Shown in pieces: positions 50,580-64,000 of a DNA stretch of 64,000 nucleotides; position 1 is the first letter of the stretch; each line of letters opens with the position of its first letter. The position numbers and the translations under genes were made by a program. The stretch spans positions 12,638,761 to 12,702,760 of the forward strand of contig NC_081355.1 of NCBI RefSeq assembly GCF_030684315.1, in the 5' to 3' direction. Below the pieces are notes generated by a model. That model ran no database searches. It was not told the DNA's origin and saw nothing but the letters and a program-made list of their open reading frames with translations. Origin of the DNA: Stegostoma tigrinum (taxonomy: Eukaryota).

Positions 50580-51710
50580 GGATTCTTGTCTCCTAAAAAG
50601 GGAAATCATGCCTGACAAATCTACTGGAAGGTTTGAAAATGCACGAGTAGAGTTGATAAGGGTGAACCAATGGATGTGATTTACTTTGACTTTTACAAGG
50701 CTATCAATAGGGTCCCACTTAAGAGATCAACTATATGGCTAAAACACATGAGATTAGGTAGTGAATGGACATGGATAGAGAACTAGTTGGCAGAAAGGAA
50801 ACAAAGTTTGGAAATAAAAGGGTGTTTTTTCAGAGTGGCAGGTATTAGTGGGGTACCACAGGGATTGTTGCTTAGACCCTGGTTATTCACAATATATATT
50901 AATGATTTAGATGAGGGAACTAGATATAAAATTTCCAAGTTTGCAGATGACACAAAGCTGTGCAGGAGGGTGAACTATGAGGAAGATGCAGAGATGCTTC
51001 AGCGTGATTTGGACAAGTTGAGTGAGTGATCAAATGCATGAGAGATGAAATATAACATGGATAAATGTGAGGTTATCCACTTTGCTAGCAAAATCAATAA
51101 AGCAGATTATTCTCTAAATGGAGATAGATTAGGAGAGGAATGAGTGCAACGAGACCTGTGTGCCCTTGCACCAGTCACTGAGAATCAGCGTACAGGTGGA
51201 GCAAATAGTGAAAAAAGCAAATGATATGCCAGCCTTCACAGTGAGAGAATTTGAGTAGAGGGTCAAGGGTTGTCTTGCTGCAATCATTTAGGGCATTGTT
51301 GAGACCAAACCTGGAGTATTGTGTGGGGTTTTGGTCTCCTTATCTGAGGAAGAATGTTCTGGTTATAGAGGGAATGCAATAAAGGTTTACTATACTTATT
51401 CCAGGCATGGCAGGAGTCTGGTATGAAGAATGACTAAATTGGTTAGGACAATGTTCACTAGTTTAGAAGAATAGTCTCATACAAACCTATAAAATTCTAA
51501 CAGGTCTAGACTGGGTAAATCACAGGGAGGTGTTTCCAATGACCGGGAATTCCAGAATCAGGGGTCACAGTCTAATGATACGGGTTAGGTCATTTAAGAG
51601 CATGATAAGACACTATTTTTTTGCCCACAGAGCGATGAGCCTGTGGAATTCTCGACCGCCGAAAGCAGATGAGGCCAAAACATTGAATATTTTCAAGAAG
51701 GACTCAGATA
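50580..51710 (+). mobile_element. Decayed CR1-like LINE RT region
   Basis: [24 protein letters not shown]...SKFADDTKL with multiple stops. Confidence 0.8.
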
Positions 51711-52541
51711 TAGGGGGTTGCAGGATTCTGCAGCATGGTCCCCCATGTGGCTGCCAAGTGTGAGAGCTGCCAGTGTCTGATTGTTTGGGGGTGAAGTGAT
51801 GTCACATCTCAGGGTTCTCAGTCAAAGAGGAAGGCCTTTGGTGTCTATGTAAATGCCTGATCAGTGAACCTTCCTCCCAGGTAGAGCAGGTGTGTCTAGA
51901 CAGGATCCTCTACAAAGGTGTTTCCGCCCACAGAATTATGGAATGGTTACAACTCTGAAGGAGGCCCTTCAGACCAATGAATCCATGCCAGCTCTCTGCA
52001 AAGATTCAGCAGCTCTCTAGTTTCTCTTCCTCACCTTTTCCTTGAACCCTGCAATCTTTTTTTTGGTCTTTTCAACTAACTATTTCAAACTCTCATTTGA
52101 AGACTCGACCGAATCTGCCTCAACCACAGGAAACACTCAGGATACGTGTTCCAGATTGGACTCGCTGACTGCGAATGAGTGGTTTTACATCCTGCTGGAA
52201 AATGGAAGACTTTGTTCCTGAGAATACAAAACAATTTCTCGTTCATTTTTGAAATGAATCTCAATTCTATGAACAGTAATTTTCCACTTTTCTTTCACTT
52301 GATCTTATTGAACTTGCTCTGTTCTTTAAATTTTATGTCAACGCTTTTGACTAAACTAAGCGTAGGTAGACACAAGGCAAAAAATGCAAAGAAAATTTTT
52401 CAGTCTCATTGAACAAACATTAACAGGGTTATCAATTCCACTGAAAATTCAAAGTTCGCTCTTTTCTGTAGCGAGGCTAACGATGGTGTCACAGAACCGG
52501 AAGCAGTGAGAAATTTGGGATATCTTTTCCTACGTGCTCAC

Positions 52542-52708
52542 CTGCATTAAACCCACAGCATCTTTTGCATCTGTGTGAAAAAAATCCAAAGGAAACTCTC
52601 GTTGTGGAGGAATGGAATGTCCATAGCCCCTAGGGTCCCAGGCAACAACTGTGAAACGTTCTTTGTTCAGAGACTTGAGCTGAGGTCCAAAGTCAGTCTG
52701 ACCGCTTC
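52542..52708 (-). CDS. BPHL: BPHL exon 3 (GSGQTDFGPQLKSLNKERFTVVAWDPRGYGHSIPPQREFPLDFFHTDAKDAVGLMQ)
   Basis: 167 nt, alpha/beta-hydrolase motif AWDPRGYGHS, acceptor TTCGCAG|GA, phase-0 donor CAG|GTGAGC. Confidence 0.94.
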
Positions 52709-52799
52709 CTGCGAAAGACAGGGAGAGACAGAAACCTGCCTGTTCCTTACTAATTCCATGGAGAGTGGGCGGGTGATGGGGAGAAGGAAACCTAGTCAG

Positions 52800-53024
52800 A
52801 AAGCAACAAATGCTGGAGATCACAGCGGGTCAGGTAGCATCTGGGGAGAGAGAGAGAGCAAGCTAACATTTTGAGTCTGGATGACTCCAATGAAGAGTCA
52901 TCTAGACTTGAAATGTTAGCTTGCTCTCTCTCTCTGTGGATGCTGCCAGACCTGCTGTGATCTCCAGCATTTGTTGTTCTCAGCACAGATTCCAGCATCT
53001 GCAGTAATTTGCTCCTACACTACA
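52800..53024. mobile_element. Fold-back terminal-repeat element, hammerhead family C (degenerate)
   Basis: Inverted ~85-bp arms, central ATGAAGAGTCATCTAGACTTGAAATGTT, and flanking GAAACCTA(G/C)TCAG at 52787-52799 and 53025-53037. Confidence 0.7.
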
Positions 53025-53684
53025 GAAACCTACTCAGCCAGATTGTAGATACCCCATCATACGAAAGCTGACAATTACAATGGAAATGAGGAGGCTATTC
53101 CACCCATTGTGCTTGCACTAGCTCTTTGACAGAGCTATCGAATTGTACAAACAAAGTGCTAGACTAGGTCATTCAGACCCATAAGCCCAGTCCACCATTT
53201 AGCAATATCAAGGCCTCTCTGATTACACCTGCTAATCAACATTCCTACCTACCTCTGAAAATCTTTCACCCTCTTACTCAACAGAAATCCATTCACCTTT
53301 GCCTTAAATAAATTCAATGACTCTGTCTCCACCACCTGCCTCTTCAAAATGGAATTCCAAAGACCCATAACCCTCGAAAAGAAAATATATTGCCGCCTCT
53401 CTCTTTTTAATGGGTGATTTCCCCCAGTTTGAAATTCTTCCATGCATTTTCTCAACATCCACCCAGTCAATATCCCTCAGGATCTTGCATATTTCGAACA
53501 AGTCAACTTTTCCTCTTCTAAACTCCAGCCAGTCCAAGCCTGAACTGTGCAACCTTTTCTCATAAGACAAACTGTCTACTCCAGGTATTAGTCTGGTAAA
53601 TCTTCTCTGAACTGCTTTCAACACAATTACTTTGTTCCTCAATCAAGTGGGACCCCTCATGATAAATTCTAAATTTCTCATCAC

Positions 53685-54585
53685 CGAATCCCTACAGTTT
53701 GCAAGCAGACTACTTGGCCCATTGGGTCCACACTGACCCTCTGAACAGGATTCCACCCAGACCCATCCTCCTACCCTATCCCTGTATCTGTGCATTTCCC
53801 ATGGCTAACACACCTAGTTTGCACATTCCTGAACACTATGAGCAATTTAGCATGGCCAATCCACCTAACCTGCACATCTTTGGACTGTGGGAGGAAACCA
53901 GAGCACTTGCAGGAATCCCACAGGGAGAATAGACAGTAGACAATAGGTGCAGGAATAGGCCATTCAGCCCTTCGAACCAGCACCACTATTCATTATGTTC
54001 ATGGCTGATCATCCACAATCAATATCCTGTTCCTGCATCATCCCCATAACCCTTGATTCCACTATCTTTAAGAGCTCTATCCATCTCTTTCTTGGAAGTA
54101 TCCAGAGAGTTGGCCTCCACTGCCTTCTGGGGCAGAGCATTCTTATATCCACCACTCTCTGGGTGAAGAAGTTTTTCCTCAACTCTGTTCTAAATGGCCT
54201 ACCCCTTATTTTTAAACTGTGTCCTCTGGTTCTGGACTCACCTATCAGCGGAAACATGCTTCCTGCTTCCAGCATGTCGAATCCCTTAATAATCTTATAT
54301 GTCTCAATCAAATCCCCTCTCATTCTTCTAAACTCAAGTGTATACAAGCCCAGTCGCTCCAATCTTTCAACATATGATAGTCCGGCCATTCCGGGAATTG
54401 ACCTCGTTAAACCTACGCTGCACTCCCTCAATAGCAAGAATGTCCTTCCTCAAATTTGGAGACCAAAACTCCACACAATGTGTGCATGTTCAAACTCCAC
54501 ACAGACAGTCGCCTGAAGCCGGAATTGAACCTGGGTCACTGGTGCTGTGAGGCAGCAATGCCAACCACTGACGCACCATGCCACC
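53685..54585 (-). mobile_element. HE1 SINE split by a CR1-like LINE 3' fragment (~53931-54478)
   Basis: The SINE breaks at ...CAGGGAGAAT and resumes at ...CAAACTCCACACAGACAGTC. The insert encodes ERLERLGLYTLEFRRMRGDLIETYKII (ORF 54009-54437 -). Confidence 0.8.
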
Positions 54586-55524
54586 CTTCAATTGGCTTTC
54601 CCAATCCCACACAGCATCCCCTTTTTCATGACAGCCCACTGTTTTTTTTAACTTATTATCCAACTCTCTTTTGAATATTTCCACTGAATCTGCTTTCATC
54701 ACCTTTTCAAGAAGTGCCTTCCTGATCACATCAGTTCCCTGGTTAAAAACAAATGTTTTCTTAGGTCATTTCTGTGTCTTCTTTACTCAATCCTTTTAAA
54801 TCTGCATCCTTTGCTTCCCTACCCTTATGCTACTGGAAACTGTTTTTCCTGATTTACTCCACCAAAACCATTCAAGACTTTGAATGCCTCTAATAAATCT
54901 CCTCCTAACCTCCTCTGTTCTAAGATGAGCAATCCCAGTTTCTGAGCAAGTTTTCTGTTCAGAGAAAGGGTCACTGCACCCGAGACGTTAACTCTGTTTT
55001 TTCCTTCATAGATGCTGTCAGACCTACTGAGCTTTTCCAGCACCTTTGTTTTGGTTCACAGTTTCTCCATGCTTTCCTCATAACTAAAGCCCATTATGCC
55101 TGGCACCATTCTCATAAATATCTCATCATCTTCTCCAAATACCTTCACATCCTTCTTAAAGTATACTGCCAGAAATAAACACCATATTCCAGGTCAGGTC
55201 AAAACAGTGTTTTATCTTCCTTCCTTTTGTATTCTTGCATTAAGAGCAGGGTTAATATATGCTTTTTAACAGCCTATTGAAACCTGCCTGCCACTTTTGA
55301 CACCGAAAGAACTGTGGATGCTGTAAATCAGAAATAAATACAGAAATTGCTGAAAAGGCTCAGCAGGTCTGGCAATATCTGTAGACAGAAATCAGAGTTA
55401 ACGTTTCAGGTCCAGTGACCCTTCCTCAGAGGTAGGAAGACACATGTGCTGCCTGTCCAAACTGTCCCCAACTACTTTCCCAGCGGTTGTGTTATGTCTC
55501 AGTGTTGCAGAAGGAAATGGACAT

Positions 55525-56145
55525 AGAGTCATAGGGATGTTCAGCATGCAAACAGATCCTTCAGTCCAACATGTCCATACCAACCAGATATCCTAGATAA
55601 ATCTAGTCCCATTTGCCAACATTTGGCCCCTATCCCTCTAAATCTTTCCTATTCATGTACCCATCTAGATGCCTTCCAAATGTTGTAATTGTACCTACCT
55701 CCACCACTTCCTCTGGCAGCTCATTCCATACACGGATCACCCTCCGCATGAAAAAGTTGCCCCTTAGGTCCCTTTCAAATCTTACCCCCCTCACCTTAAA
55801 TCTATGCCCTCTAGTTTTGGACTCCCCCACCCTTTGACTTTGGCTATTCACCCTATCCATGCCCCTCATGATTTGATAAACCTCTATAAGGTCACCCCAC
55901 AGCCTCCAATGCTCCAGAGAAAAAAAAACACTAGTCTATTCAGCCTCTGCCTAAAGCTCAAACCCTGGCAACATTCTTGTAAATCTTTTCTGAACCCTTT
56001 CAATTTTCACAACAGCCTTCCTGTAGCAGGGAGACAAGATTTCAAAAGTGACCTAACCAGTGTCCCGTACGGCCGCAATGTGACCTCCCAACTCCTGTAA
56101 TCAGTGCACTGACCAATAAAGGCAAGCATACCAAATTCCTTCATG
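55525..56145 (-). mobile_element. CR1-like LINE 3' fragment
   Basis: ESKTRGHRFKVRGVRFERDLRGNFFMRRVIRVWNELP on the - strand. Confidence 0.75.
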
Positions 56146-56841
56146 ACAAGGTTACCATATGGAGCTAGGTTCTGTCTTTACTGATATCAATATACATTAC
56201 ACGCACATAACTAGCCACCTTAACTCAATTATACACAGACAGTGACCACCAGCAAGGGTATCTTTATATTGGAATGTCATGCTGCAATATCATGCATCTG
56301 TCTTAGAGGGATATGCCTGTGTAACCTGGAATCTGTGCCATAATACAACAGATAGCCAACTTTTAACTGAAACATTAAAAAGCAATGTTGAATTATAGAT
56401 AAGCTTTTTGAATTTTGGAGTTTATCCTCATCACTTTAATTTTAAGTGTTTCCAAGAATAGAGAAGTAAAACAGCAAACATCTCGATTTTACTTAAGATA
56501 GATCAGCTGTAATCAGTCTAAGAACAACTTACAATCATTAATATATGAACCGTATACTGTATCTGACCATGAAAAATCCCCAAAACATAACCTATTATGA
56601 ATACTAAAATTACATATATTATTCTAAAATAAGGCTCTTATGTTAATAATGCTACATAAATGCAAGTGAATGCTGTTGTTAAAGCATCATTATAGACTTT
56701 CCAATAGAGTGCCACAGATAGAAGAATCAAAAGATTTGAAGCTGTTTCAACTAACCTGACTGATTTAAGCAAGATTTTCATTAAATTTTGATCCTACTGA
56801 GTATAAAATCAAATCAATAGGTGAGCACCATGTAAACATAC

Positions 56842-56942
56842 CCAGAGCCCCAGGGAGCAGCAGGACAGCATGATCCCCTTTCCCTGTTTGTTGATAGTGG
56901 AGGTGGACCCCATTAATTTCCTTCTTTGCAGAGATTATTGTG
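56842..56942 (-). CDS. BPHL: BPHL exon 2 (STIISAKKEINGVHLHYQQTGKGDHAVLLLPGAL)
   Basis: 101 nt, acceptor TATTGCAG|C, donor G|GTATGT. Matches human VNGVQLHYQQTGEGDHAVLLLPG. Confidence 0.93.
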
Positions 56943-57547
56943 CTGCAATAAAAATAAATTAAAAATCAGTTTATTCCATTTCACACATATATAGAAACAC
57001 CTCATGCAGATTTTTTTATTCACTGGTGGGTCTCCTCTGAACTGCTTCCAATGCAACTACATCCTTCCTTAAGTGAGGGAATCAAAACTATTCGCAATAT
57101 TCCAGGTGTGGTCTCACTAATGCCTTTTACAGTGGCAAAGCTTCCCTAGTCTTATACTCTATTTCTTTAGCAATAACTGTCAAAATTCCATTTGCTTCTT
57201 TACTATCTGCTGTATCCACATACTACTTTTCTGTGATTCATGAATAAGGATACCTTTGAAGCCACTCACCATCCTAACTTGGAAATATATTGCTGTTCCT
57301 TGGAGCCATAAGCTGATTCTGCCATTCCAAGTGATCACAACCTGTTGTTGCCCCATTTTCCATAGTGCCTCTGGCTGAAGAAATGTACCAATCACCTTAT
57401 GAAAATAAACAATTGATCCCAGAACATTTCCCTGTCACAGAAGATAGTTCCAAACTTCTAATATCATCCAAGTGTACAGTCGATTTTCTAACTTCAGCCA
57501 TGAAATTCTACAACCAACATCACCAAGGAAAACACGTATTTTGCTTT

Positions 57548-57677
57548 CAGAGATAATGGGAACTGCAGATGCTGGAGAATCCGAGATAACAAAGTGTGGA
57601 GCTGGATGAACACAGCAGGCCAAGCAGCATCTTAGGAGCACAAAAGCTGATGTTTTGGGCCTAGACCCTTCATCAGA
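57548..57677 (-). mobile_element. Solo Penelope-like terminal repeat (family A) in BPHL intron 1
   Basis: Same 130-bp unit as 17542-17671. The hammerhead core carries CpG-type mutations (CTGATGAAGGGTCTAGGCCCAAAACATC). Confidence 0.75.
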
Positions 57678-60579
57678 AAAGGTTTTATTTAGGTTTGTTG
57701 CATGAAATGGGGTTCAGTTTGCTCAGTTGACTGGGTGGCTGAGTTGTAATGCAGAGTGACACCAACAGCATGGGTTCAATCCCACATCGGCTGGGATGGA
57801 AGACTCTCTTTCTCAACCTCTCCCCTTGCTGGGGTTGTGGTTACCCTCAGGTTAAACCATCACCAGTTGTGTGTGTATCTCTCTCTCACTCGTGAACTGT
57901 GATACTCTCTCTATGGCCTGGCAGGATTACAGTACTTTAGTGGTTCTGAAGGAGTTAATGTACATGTTACATTGTGTTCCAACCAATCTGATAAAGTTGC
58001 ACAGTCTTTGGGTGGAGACAGTTGAGTTCTTCAGAAGTGCCTAAATGGTGCAGAGCAATAACGTTAGGGCTAGGGTTTACAGCCCATGAGAATCCTTTGT
58101 AATAATAACCAGCAAACAAATGTAAACTTACCTCTTGCTATTAAGCAATAAACAACATTATTATTTAAGATAAACCTCTACTGTTTAGACTCTGTCCTCT
58201 ACCACAGATAATTAGATATACCCAAGATTCAGTGTAGAGAAATTGGATTTGTAACAGCAAATTACTCAAACCAGAATACAATATGACATCTGTGGTTATG
58301 CCTGGAAGTACTCAGTACCTGTACCATCTTGCTGCATACAAGTTGCTTGCTGTGTTTTCTGCATTCAAACGACAGTAGCAAGGGTATAAATCTGATTGAA
58401 GTGATTCAAACGTAGAGTCTTGACAGAGTGGATATGGAATAAATGTTGGCTCTTGCGGGAGAATTCAGAACTAAGAGCCACTGTTTCTGATAAAGGCTTG
58501 CCATTTAAGGCTAAAATGAAGATAAATTTTCTTCTCTCAGTGGCTGGTAAGTGTTTGGATCTCTCTCCCTCAAAGGCAATGGAAGCAGAGTCTCTGGATA
58601 TTTTTAAGGTAAAGGGGGATAGACTTTTGATGAACCACGGAGTGAAAGGTCATGGAGACAAATGGGTGTGGCCTCCTCCAGCCCCTATCCCAAATGTTCC
58701 AGGAAAGACTGGTGCTTTCAAGGATTTGCAGAAGAGACAGAGAGAGAAGTTAGAGGTGGGACAGTAGGTTGGAAGGACAAAACAGACTTGATTGTTGAGG
58801 AATGGACTTACTGGTTTCAATAAGAGAGGGTCAAAACAGGAAGAGGTGGACTATTCACAAAATCAGCCAATGTGGAAACCAGGAAGGGAAGCCTTGAGAC
58901 AGCAACAGCAAGTAGTGGAGAAACTCGGCAGCTTTGGCAGCATCTGAGGTGAGAAAGCAGAGCTTATGTTTTCAAGTCCAGTGACCCTTCTTCAGAACTG
59001 GTGCCATGGTCAAGGAGGAGATGGGCGGAGGTGTCCTGGAGCTAGCACTCAGCCTCTGCAATGTAAAGGTCAGTACGCTAGATAATAACAGCACCAATCT
59101 TGTCCGCAGGCATGATCACAAAGTCAGGATTGGATCACAGATGCTGACAGACCTGCCAAGTTTCTCCAACAATTTCTGATTTTGTTTCAGGTTTCCAGCA
59201 TTGACAGTTCTTTGTTTTGTTTTAAGAAGTCTTCTAGTCTGCAGCATCATGGAAGTAGGGTCAAAGAACTGGAGAAACCTCTCCACCAGACAGTGAGTTT
59301 GGAGGGGGCTGAGGGGGACTTAGTAAGAAACTAGATCAGGACAAGGATGAGAGTGGGAGGCCATCCTGAGTGGAAAGTCATACGAGATTGATTAGTAAAA
59401 TATTAAAAGTAATGTATCTAGCATGTTCTTTTTTGTTTGTCAACTTGCCTCCTCTCAACATTAAAATGTTGGCATTGTACTTTTGTCGGTTTAGGATGAA
59501 AAACAACAAATCAGAAAGTGAGGAAGAGAGATTGTGCAATTTACAAGACAGTTAGAAAAGTACCATTGATCCCAGAAGCATAAGCAAACACTACAGAATA
59601 TCACATCAATTCAAATTGTTCACCTCCTATAAATTGTTGACCCTGATAATTGTGCATTACACCATTTATTAAAATAAAACTGGTATCCTCAGACTCACAG
59701 TGGGCATCCCCACAGGGTATCTGCTGGTTTTGATAGAAAATTCTGGTTTTGGGTGAGTCTCATTTCAAAGTGCTCAGTTACTTCTGACCCCAAGAAATTT
59801 TGAAGACTAAAAATATTCTTTTGTATGAACAACATGTAGCTAACAACTTCATTCTCTTGTGGTTTTAACAGAAAGGTCATCACAGTCCTACTCTCCCATT
59901 AGACAGAGATGACTGGTTGTAGTTTAATCTGAGTGTCACTTTGACTCAGTCGAGACGTTCAATGATAACCTCAGGCATGCTGGAATTGAACCTATGTGGC
60001 TGGCATCACTTTAACCCCAACCAATTATCCAGCCAAGTAAAAACCGAAAAAAACTGCAGATGCTATAAATCGGGAACAAAAACGAAGTTGCTAGAAAAGC
60101 TCTGCAGGTCTGGCAGCATCTGTGAAACGTTAACTCTGTTTTTTTCCTTCACAGATACTGCCAGACCTGCTGAGTTTTTCCAGCAACTTTGTTTTTGTTA
60201 TCCAGCCAATTGAGCTAACTGATCGCAATTTAAAGCCCCTTCCAATTCATCAGCACATACTCCATGGCATAATAATCATTCCACGATATCAGTTGATCAG
60301 AAGTAGCCACAGCATTGACTTGACATTGATCATGCTCCAACCTGTCCTAAGCTTCCTTCTCCTTACTCCATTAGCTTAATTAACTAGCATCTGATCTTCC
60401 AGCACCACCTGTTCTGAACATGTCAGATAACTCAAATCTAACCATTGGTTTGTGCTATTATTCCATTATCTCCTGTCTAGGTAATATAACCCACTCTTCC
60501 TCTGCCTTTCCTCAGCTGATCCTGGGCAATTCCTCCTACTAGACCATTGCTGTTTCGTTATAACTCTCAGATATCATCA

Positions 60580-61200
60580 TGGGCATACATTTTTACATCT
60601 GTATACACCTCACTGATCACAGACATTCTCCTCAGTTTTCAACCCTCTATACATGCTCCTCACTCATCACTCCTGTACATACAACTCTTCTCACTTATCT
60701 CTATATGTATCTTCCTTTCTCATCATCCATATACTCTCCTCGCTTTTATTTATGTGTATATATACACCCTCACACTTATTTCCCCTGTATATGCCTTCTC
60801 CTCACTTACATTCATATATGTACTCTACTCATCATACACTTATACCCCTTCAGATATATCAGCCTGCACAGTGGCTCAGTGGTTAGCACTGCTAGCTTAC
60901 AGCATCAGGAACACAGGTTCAAATCCACCCTCAGATGATTGTGTGGTGATTGCACAGTTGCCCTGTGTTTGTGTTGTCTTCTTCGCAGAATTCAAAGATG
61001 TGCAGGTGGATTGGCCATGCTAAATTGTCTGGGGATGCACAGGTTTATAGGGTAGGATGCTCTCTGGAGGGCTGGTGTGAACTCAATGGGCCAAATGGCC
61101 CACTTCCATAGTGTAGGGATTCTATGATATACCTCATATTCAGCACCCCTATATATAAATATTCTCTCATTTATACAACATATACAATTCTCACATATAA
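60580..61200 (+). repeat. Degenerate G-poor (C/A/T) minisatellite-like tract interrupted by an HE1-like SINE (~60866-61125)
   Basis: Recurrent CTCCTCACTTAT/TATATAC-like units on both sides of the SINE. Confidence 0.55.
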
Positions 61201-61794
61201 CGCTATGCTTGGTGACCTACACCGGGTCAAACAAATGCCTTGAATTTAAAATTCTCCTTGTCTTCGCCCCTGCTTTAGGGGAAAAAAAAGTATGTTGTGA
61301 ATGACACTTCATGTATACCTCAATGCAGTGCTCCACGTACGACCAGTACATTCATTTCCAAGTGTCACTGTCATTCCACACCCTGACACCTCGCCCCCTG
61401 CCCTGCCCCGTCCCCGTAGGGTTGCCCGTCAGCTCCTCCAAACTCACCCTTTTCACCCCCGAGAAATCTGCACTTCTATCATTCCGGCCTTTTTGTGCAC
61501 CCCAGATTTGAATGACTCCACTTTTGATTCCGTGCCTGCCCCCAAGTCTCTGGAAACCTCTCCCTCCTCAAATAAAACTTCGATGTTTGGTTGCTTCTGA
61601 TCTAATACCGTTTTGCAACTACCCAGCGCTGTACTTGGTTTTGCAGTTACTCCTGTGCAGCACTTTGCACTGCGTTGAAGGTGCTACATAAACAAAGGTA
61701 GTTGTTGTTGTAGTAGAGGACCCCCGTTCCTGCATTAAGCCATCGTTCTTTTTGGGGCTGCGGATGGGGGTGAGGTGGGTGAGAAACTGTCTTT

Positions 61795-62150
61795 CTGAAG
61801 AAGGATCCCGACCCGAAACGTCAATTTTCCTGCTCTTCTGTCTGGCCTGCTGTGTTATTCCAGCTCCGCACTATGTTATTTCCAAAAAAAAAGGGCTGTC
61901 GCTGGATACGAGAGAGATAATGGGATAACAAAGTGTGGGGCTGGATGAACGCAGCAGGCCAAGCAGCACCAAAGCTGACGTTTCGGGCCTAGACCCTTCA
62001 TCAGAAAAGGGGGATGGGGAGGGGGTTTTGGAATAATTCGGGAGAGAGGGGGAGGCGGACCGAAGATGGATAGAGGAGAAGATAGGCGGAGAGGAGAGTA
62101 TAGGTGCGGAGGGTATAGGTCAGTCCGGGGAGGACGGACAGGTCAAGGAA
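61795..62150. mobile_element. Adjacent Penelope-like terminal repeats in opposite orientations; intact hammerhead core at 61977-62004 (-)
   Basis: + strand CTGAAGAAGGATCCCGACCCGAAACGTC at 61795. - strand CTGATGAAGGGTCTAGGCCCGAAACGTC, which is sense to BPHL. Confidence 0.7.
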
Positions 62151-62777
62151 ATGGAGGTGGGTACTGCTGGACAGCTTTAAAGTTGTTCATCTGATCTGGC
62201 AGAATTTCAGCCGATGATTCACTTCCTGGTCAAGGAACAGTAGGCGCACACTGGGAACTCGGGTAAGAATCTCACAATGATATCATTGGATATGTATTGT
62301 TAGGGCTTTTAAGGAAACAAGGAGGGTTTCCGCTGGGATAGTAAGAACTGCCGATGCTGCAGTCAGAGATAACAGTGTGGAACTGGAGGAGCACAGCAGG
62401 TCAGGACCCTTTTTCAGAAATGGGGGAGGGAAAAGGGAGCTCAGAAAGAAATAGAGAGGAGGGATGGGTCTGGGGAAGGTTGTTGGGATGGCGGTAGGGG
62501 GTGGGTCAGTGAGGTGGGCTGTCCGTCTTCTCTCCTACCTATCTCCTTCTCATCCCCACCTCCTTGACCTGATACAACTGTCCATCTTCTCTCCCGCCTC
62601 ACTGATCGAAAATGAGTAGCTCATGTTCCTAAAATATAAATACAGCCTGGCGCTAGATTAGCTCATGTAGTCCCCGAAAACACTAACTGCAGCTTGCCAA
62701 AGCTCGGCTGAGTTGACTTGGGGAGCGAAATGTCATCTCGCCAATTTCTGAAATTGCAGAGTCACTTTGATATTTAC

Positions 62778-62860
62778 CTGCACATGCGGGAGTCCCACTC
62801 CCTACACAGAGTGGCTGGGAGCAGCACTTTGTACAAAGGTCGGCGAGCAAACCTCAACAT
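62778..62860 (-). CDS. BPHL: BPHL exon 1, probable mitochondrial presequence (MLRFARRPLYKVLLPATLCREWDSRMC)
   Basis: ATG at 62860 in a CpG-retaining segment, Arg/Leu-rich N-terminus, and phase-2 donor AG|GTAAAT that joins exon 2 in frame (AG+C = Ser). Homology of this segment could not be verified by eye. Confidence 0.75.
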
Positions 62861-63664
62861 ATTCTACAGAAACAACCCACTCCCGCGCCCCACGTACCAG
62901 AGTTTGAAGGTTTTAAAAAAATACTGACCGGAAACTACAGCAAGCAGCCTGTGGAAAAACAGTTAAGAGGCGAGGGCATTTTAATAGAGAATTGAATCCT
63001 TTCAGAGCAGGTGATTAAAACAAAGAACCGCGGGTGCTGAAGATTTGAATCAAAAGCAGAAATTGCTGGAAAATGCCAGCAGATCTGGCAGCATCTGTGG
63101 ACAGAAAGCAAAATTAATGTTTCAGGTCCAGAAGAAGAACCGCTAGATTCGAAATGTTGACCGCCTCTGCAAGTGTTGCCAAGCTTGCTGAGTTCTTTCC
63201 CAGCAATTTCTGTCTTTGTATCTGGCTTCCAACATCTGCAGTTCTTTCTTTGCTACCAGTGCTGGATCCTTACAGCAAGCCAACTATTGCCACTCCCCAA
63301 CGCTTATCCTGTTTAACTTTAAAAATAAAGTGTTTCTTCCAACACTTTTGTTGTCATTGAAATGGGTGTTGAAAGAAATTGTTTGCCTGCAAACCAATTT
63401 GATTTGGTTTGATTGTACTAGGTACAGTGAAAAGTTTTGTTTTGTGTGCAGTACAGGCAGATCATACATACTAAAGACCACAGGGTGATAGAACAGAGTG
63501 AAGAATACAAAATTAATGCTGCAAAGAAGGTGCACAAAAAGTAAGATCGACATTATGTTAGAAATTTGAGAGGTTCATTCAGAAGACTAATAACAGTGAG
63601 GAAGAAACTATTCTTAAACCTGTTGATATGTGTATTCAAACTTTTCTATCTTCTGCCTGATGAA

Positions 63665-64000
63665 ACAGAACATAAGGCATAGGAGCAGAAATTAGGCCAT
63701 TCAGCCCATCAAGTCTGTTCTGCCATTCAATCATGGTCAATGAGTTTCTCAAACCCATTCTCTGGCTTTCTACCCCATAATCTTTGATCCCCTTGACAAT
63801 CAAGAACCTATCTATCTCAGTCTTAAATGTACTCAATGACCTGGCCTCCGCAACGTTCTGTGCCAGTGAATTCCATAGATTCACCATTTTCTGGCTGAAG
63901 AAGTTTCTCCTTATCTCCATTCTAAAAGGTCTTCCCTCTACTCCAAGGCTGTATCCTCAGGTCCTAGACTTTCCTGCCAATGGAAACATCTTCCCAACAT
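63665..64000 (-). mobile_element. CR1-like LINE 3' end (runs off window)
   Basis: EIRRNFFSQKMVNLWNSLAQNVAEARSLSTFKTEIDRFL on the - strand. Confidence 0.75.

Noticed and set aside
58125-58170. Strong donor AG|GTAAGT on the - strand in BPHL intron 1 as an alternative coding exon
   Set aside because: The frame needed to join exon 2 has a TAA a few codons upstream. A non-coding exon cannot be supported without transcripts.
60547-61023. Overlapping hydrophobic or His-rich ORFs of 77-158 aa
   Set aside because: Translations of a G-poor low-complexity tract plus a SINE.

Overview
Eukaryotic genomic DNA from a cartilaginous fish (shark-type HE1/V-SINE, CR1-like LINE and Penelope-like repeats; the species cannot be fixed from sequence alone). 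Three spliced genes lie in the same order and orientation as human 6p25: PSMG4 (- strand, first coding exon only), a single 4-exon class II-like beta-tubulin (TUBB2A/2B-like, + strand, 446 aa, 13.2-kb intron 2) and a 7-exon BPHL (- strand) whose exon 4 carries an apparent +1 frameshift. The rest is mostly nested retroelement debris plus a decayed tRNA-Asp copy. The most notable non-genic signal is a set of minimal hammerhead-ribozyme cores (CTGANGA-A-stem II-GAAACGT[C/T]). They occur in at least three sequence families of Penelope-like terminal repeats, several as ~100-230 bp solo or fold-back insertions flanked by 10-17 bp direct repeats. Also notable are an abrupt ~99% GC3 tract inside tubulin exon 4 and substitutions at normally conserved tubulin positions (A248V, S278C, P357A, H37Q/D39N/S40G/D41G). 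Exon coordinates were read by hand from splice sites, and repeat boundaries are approximate.
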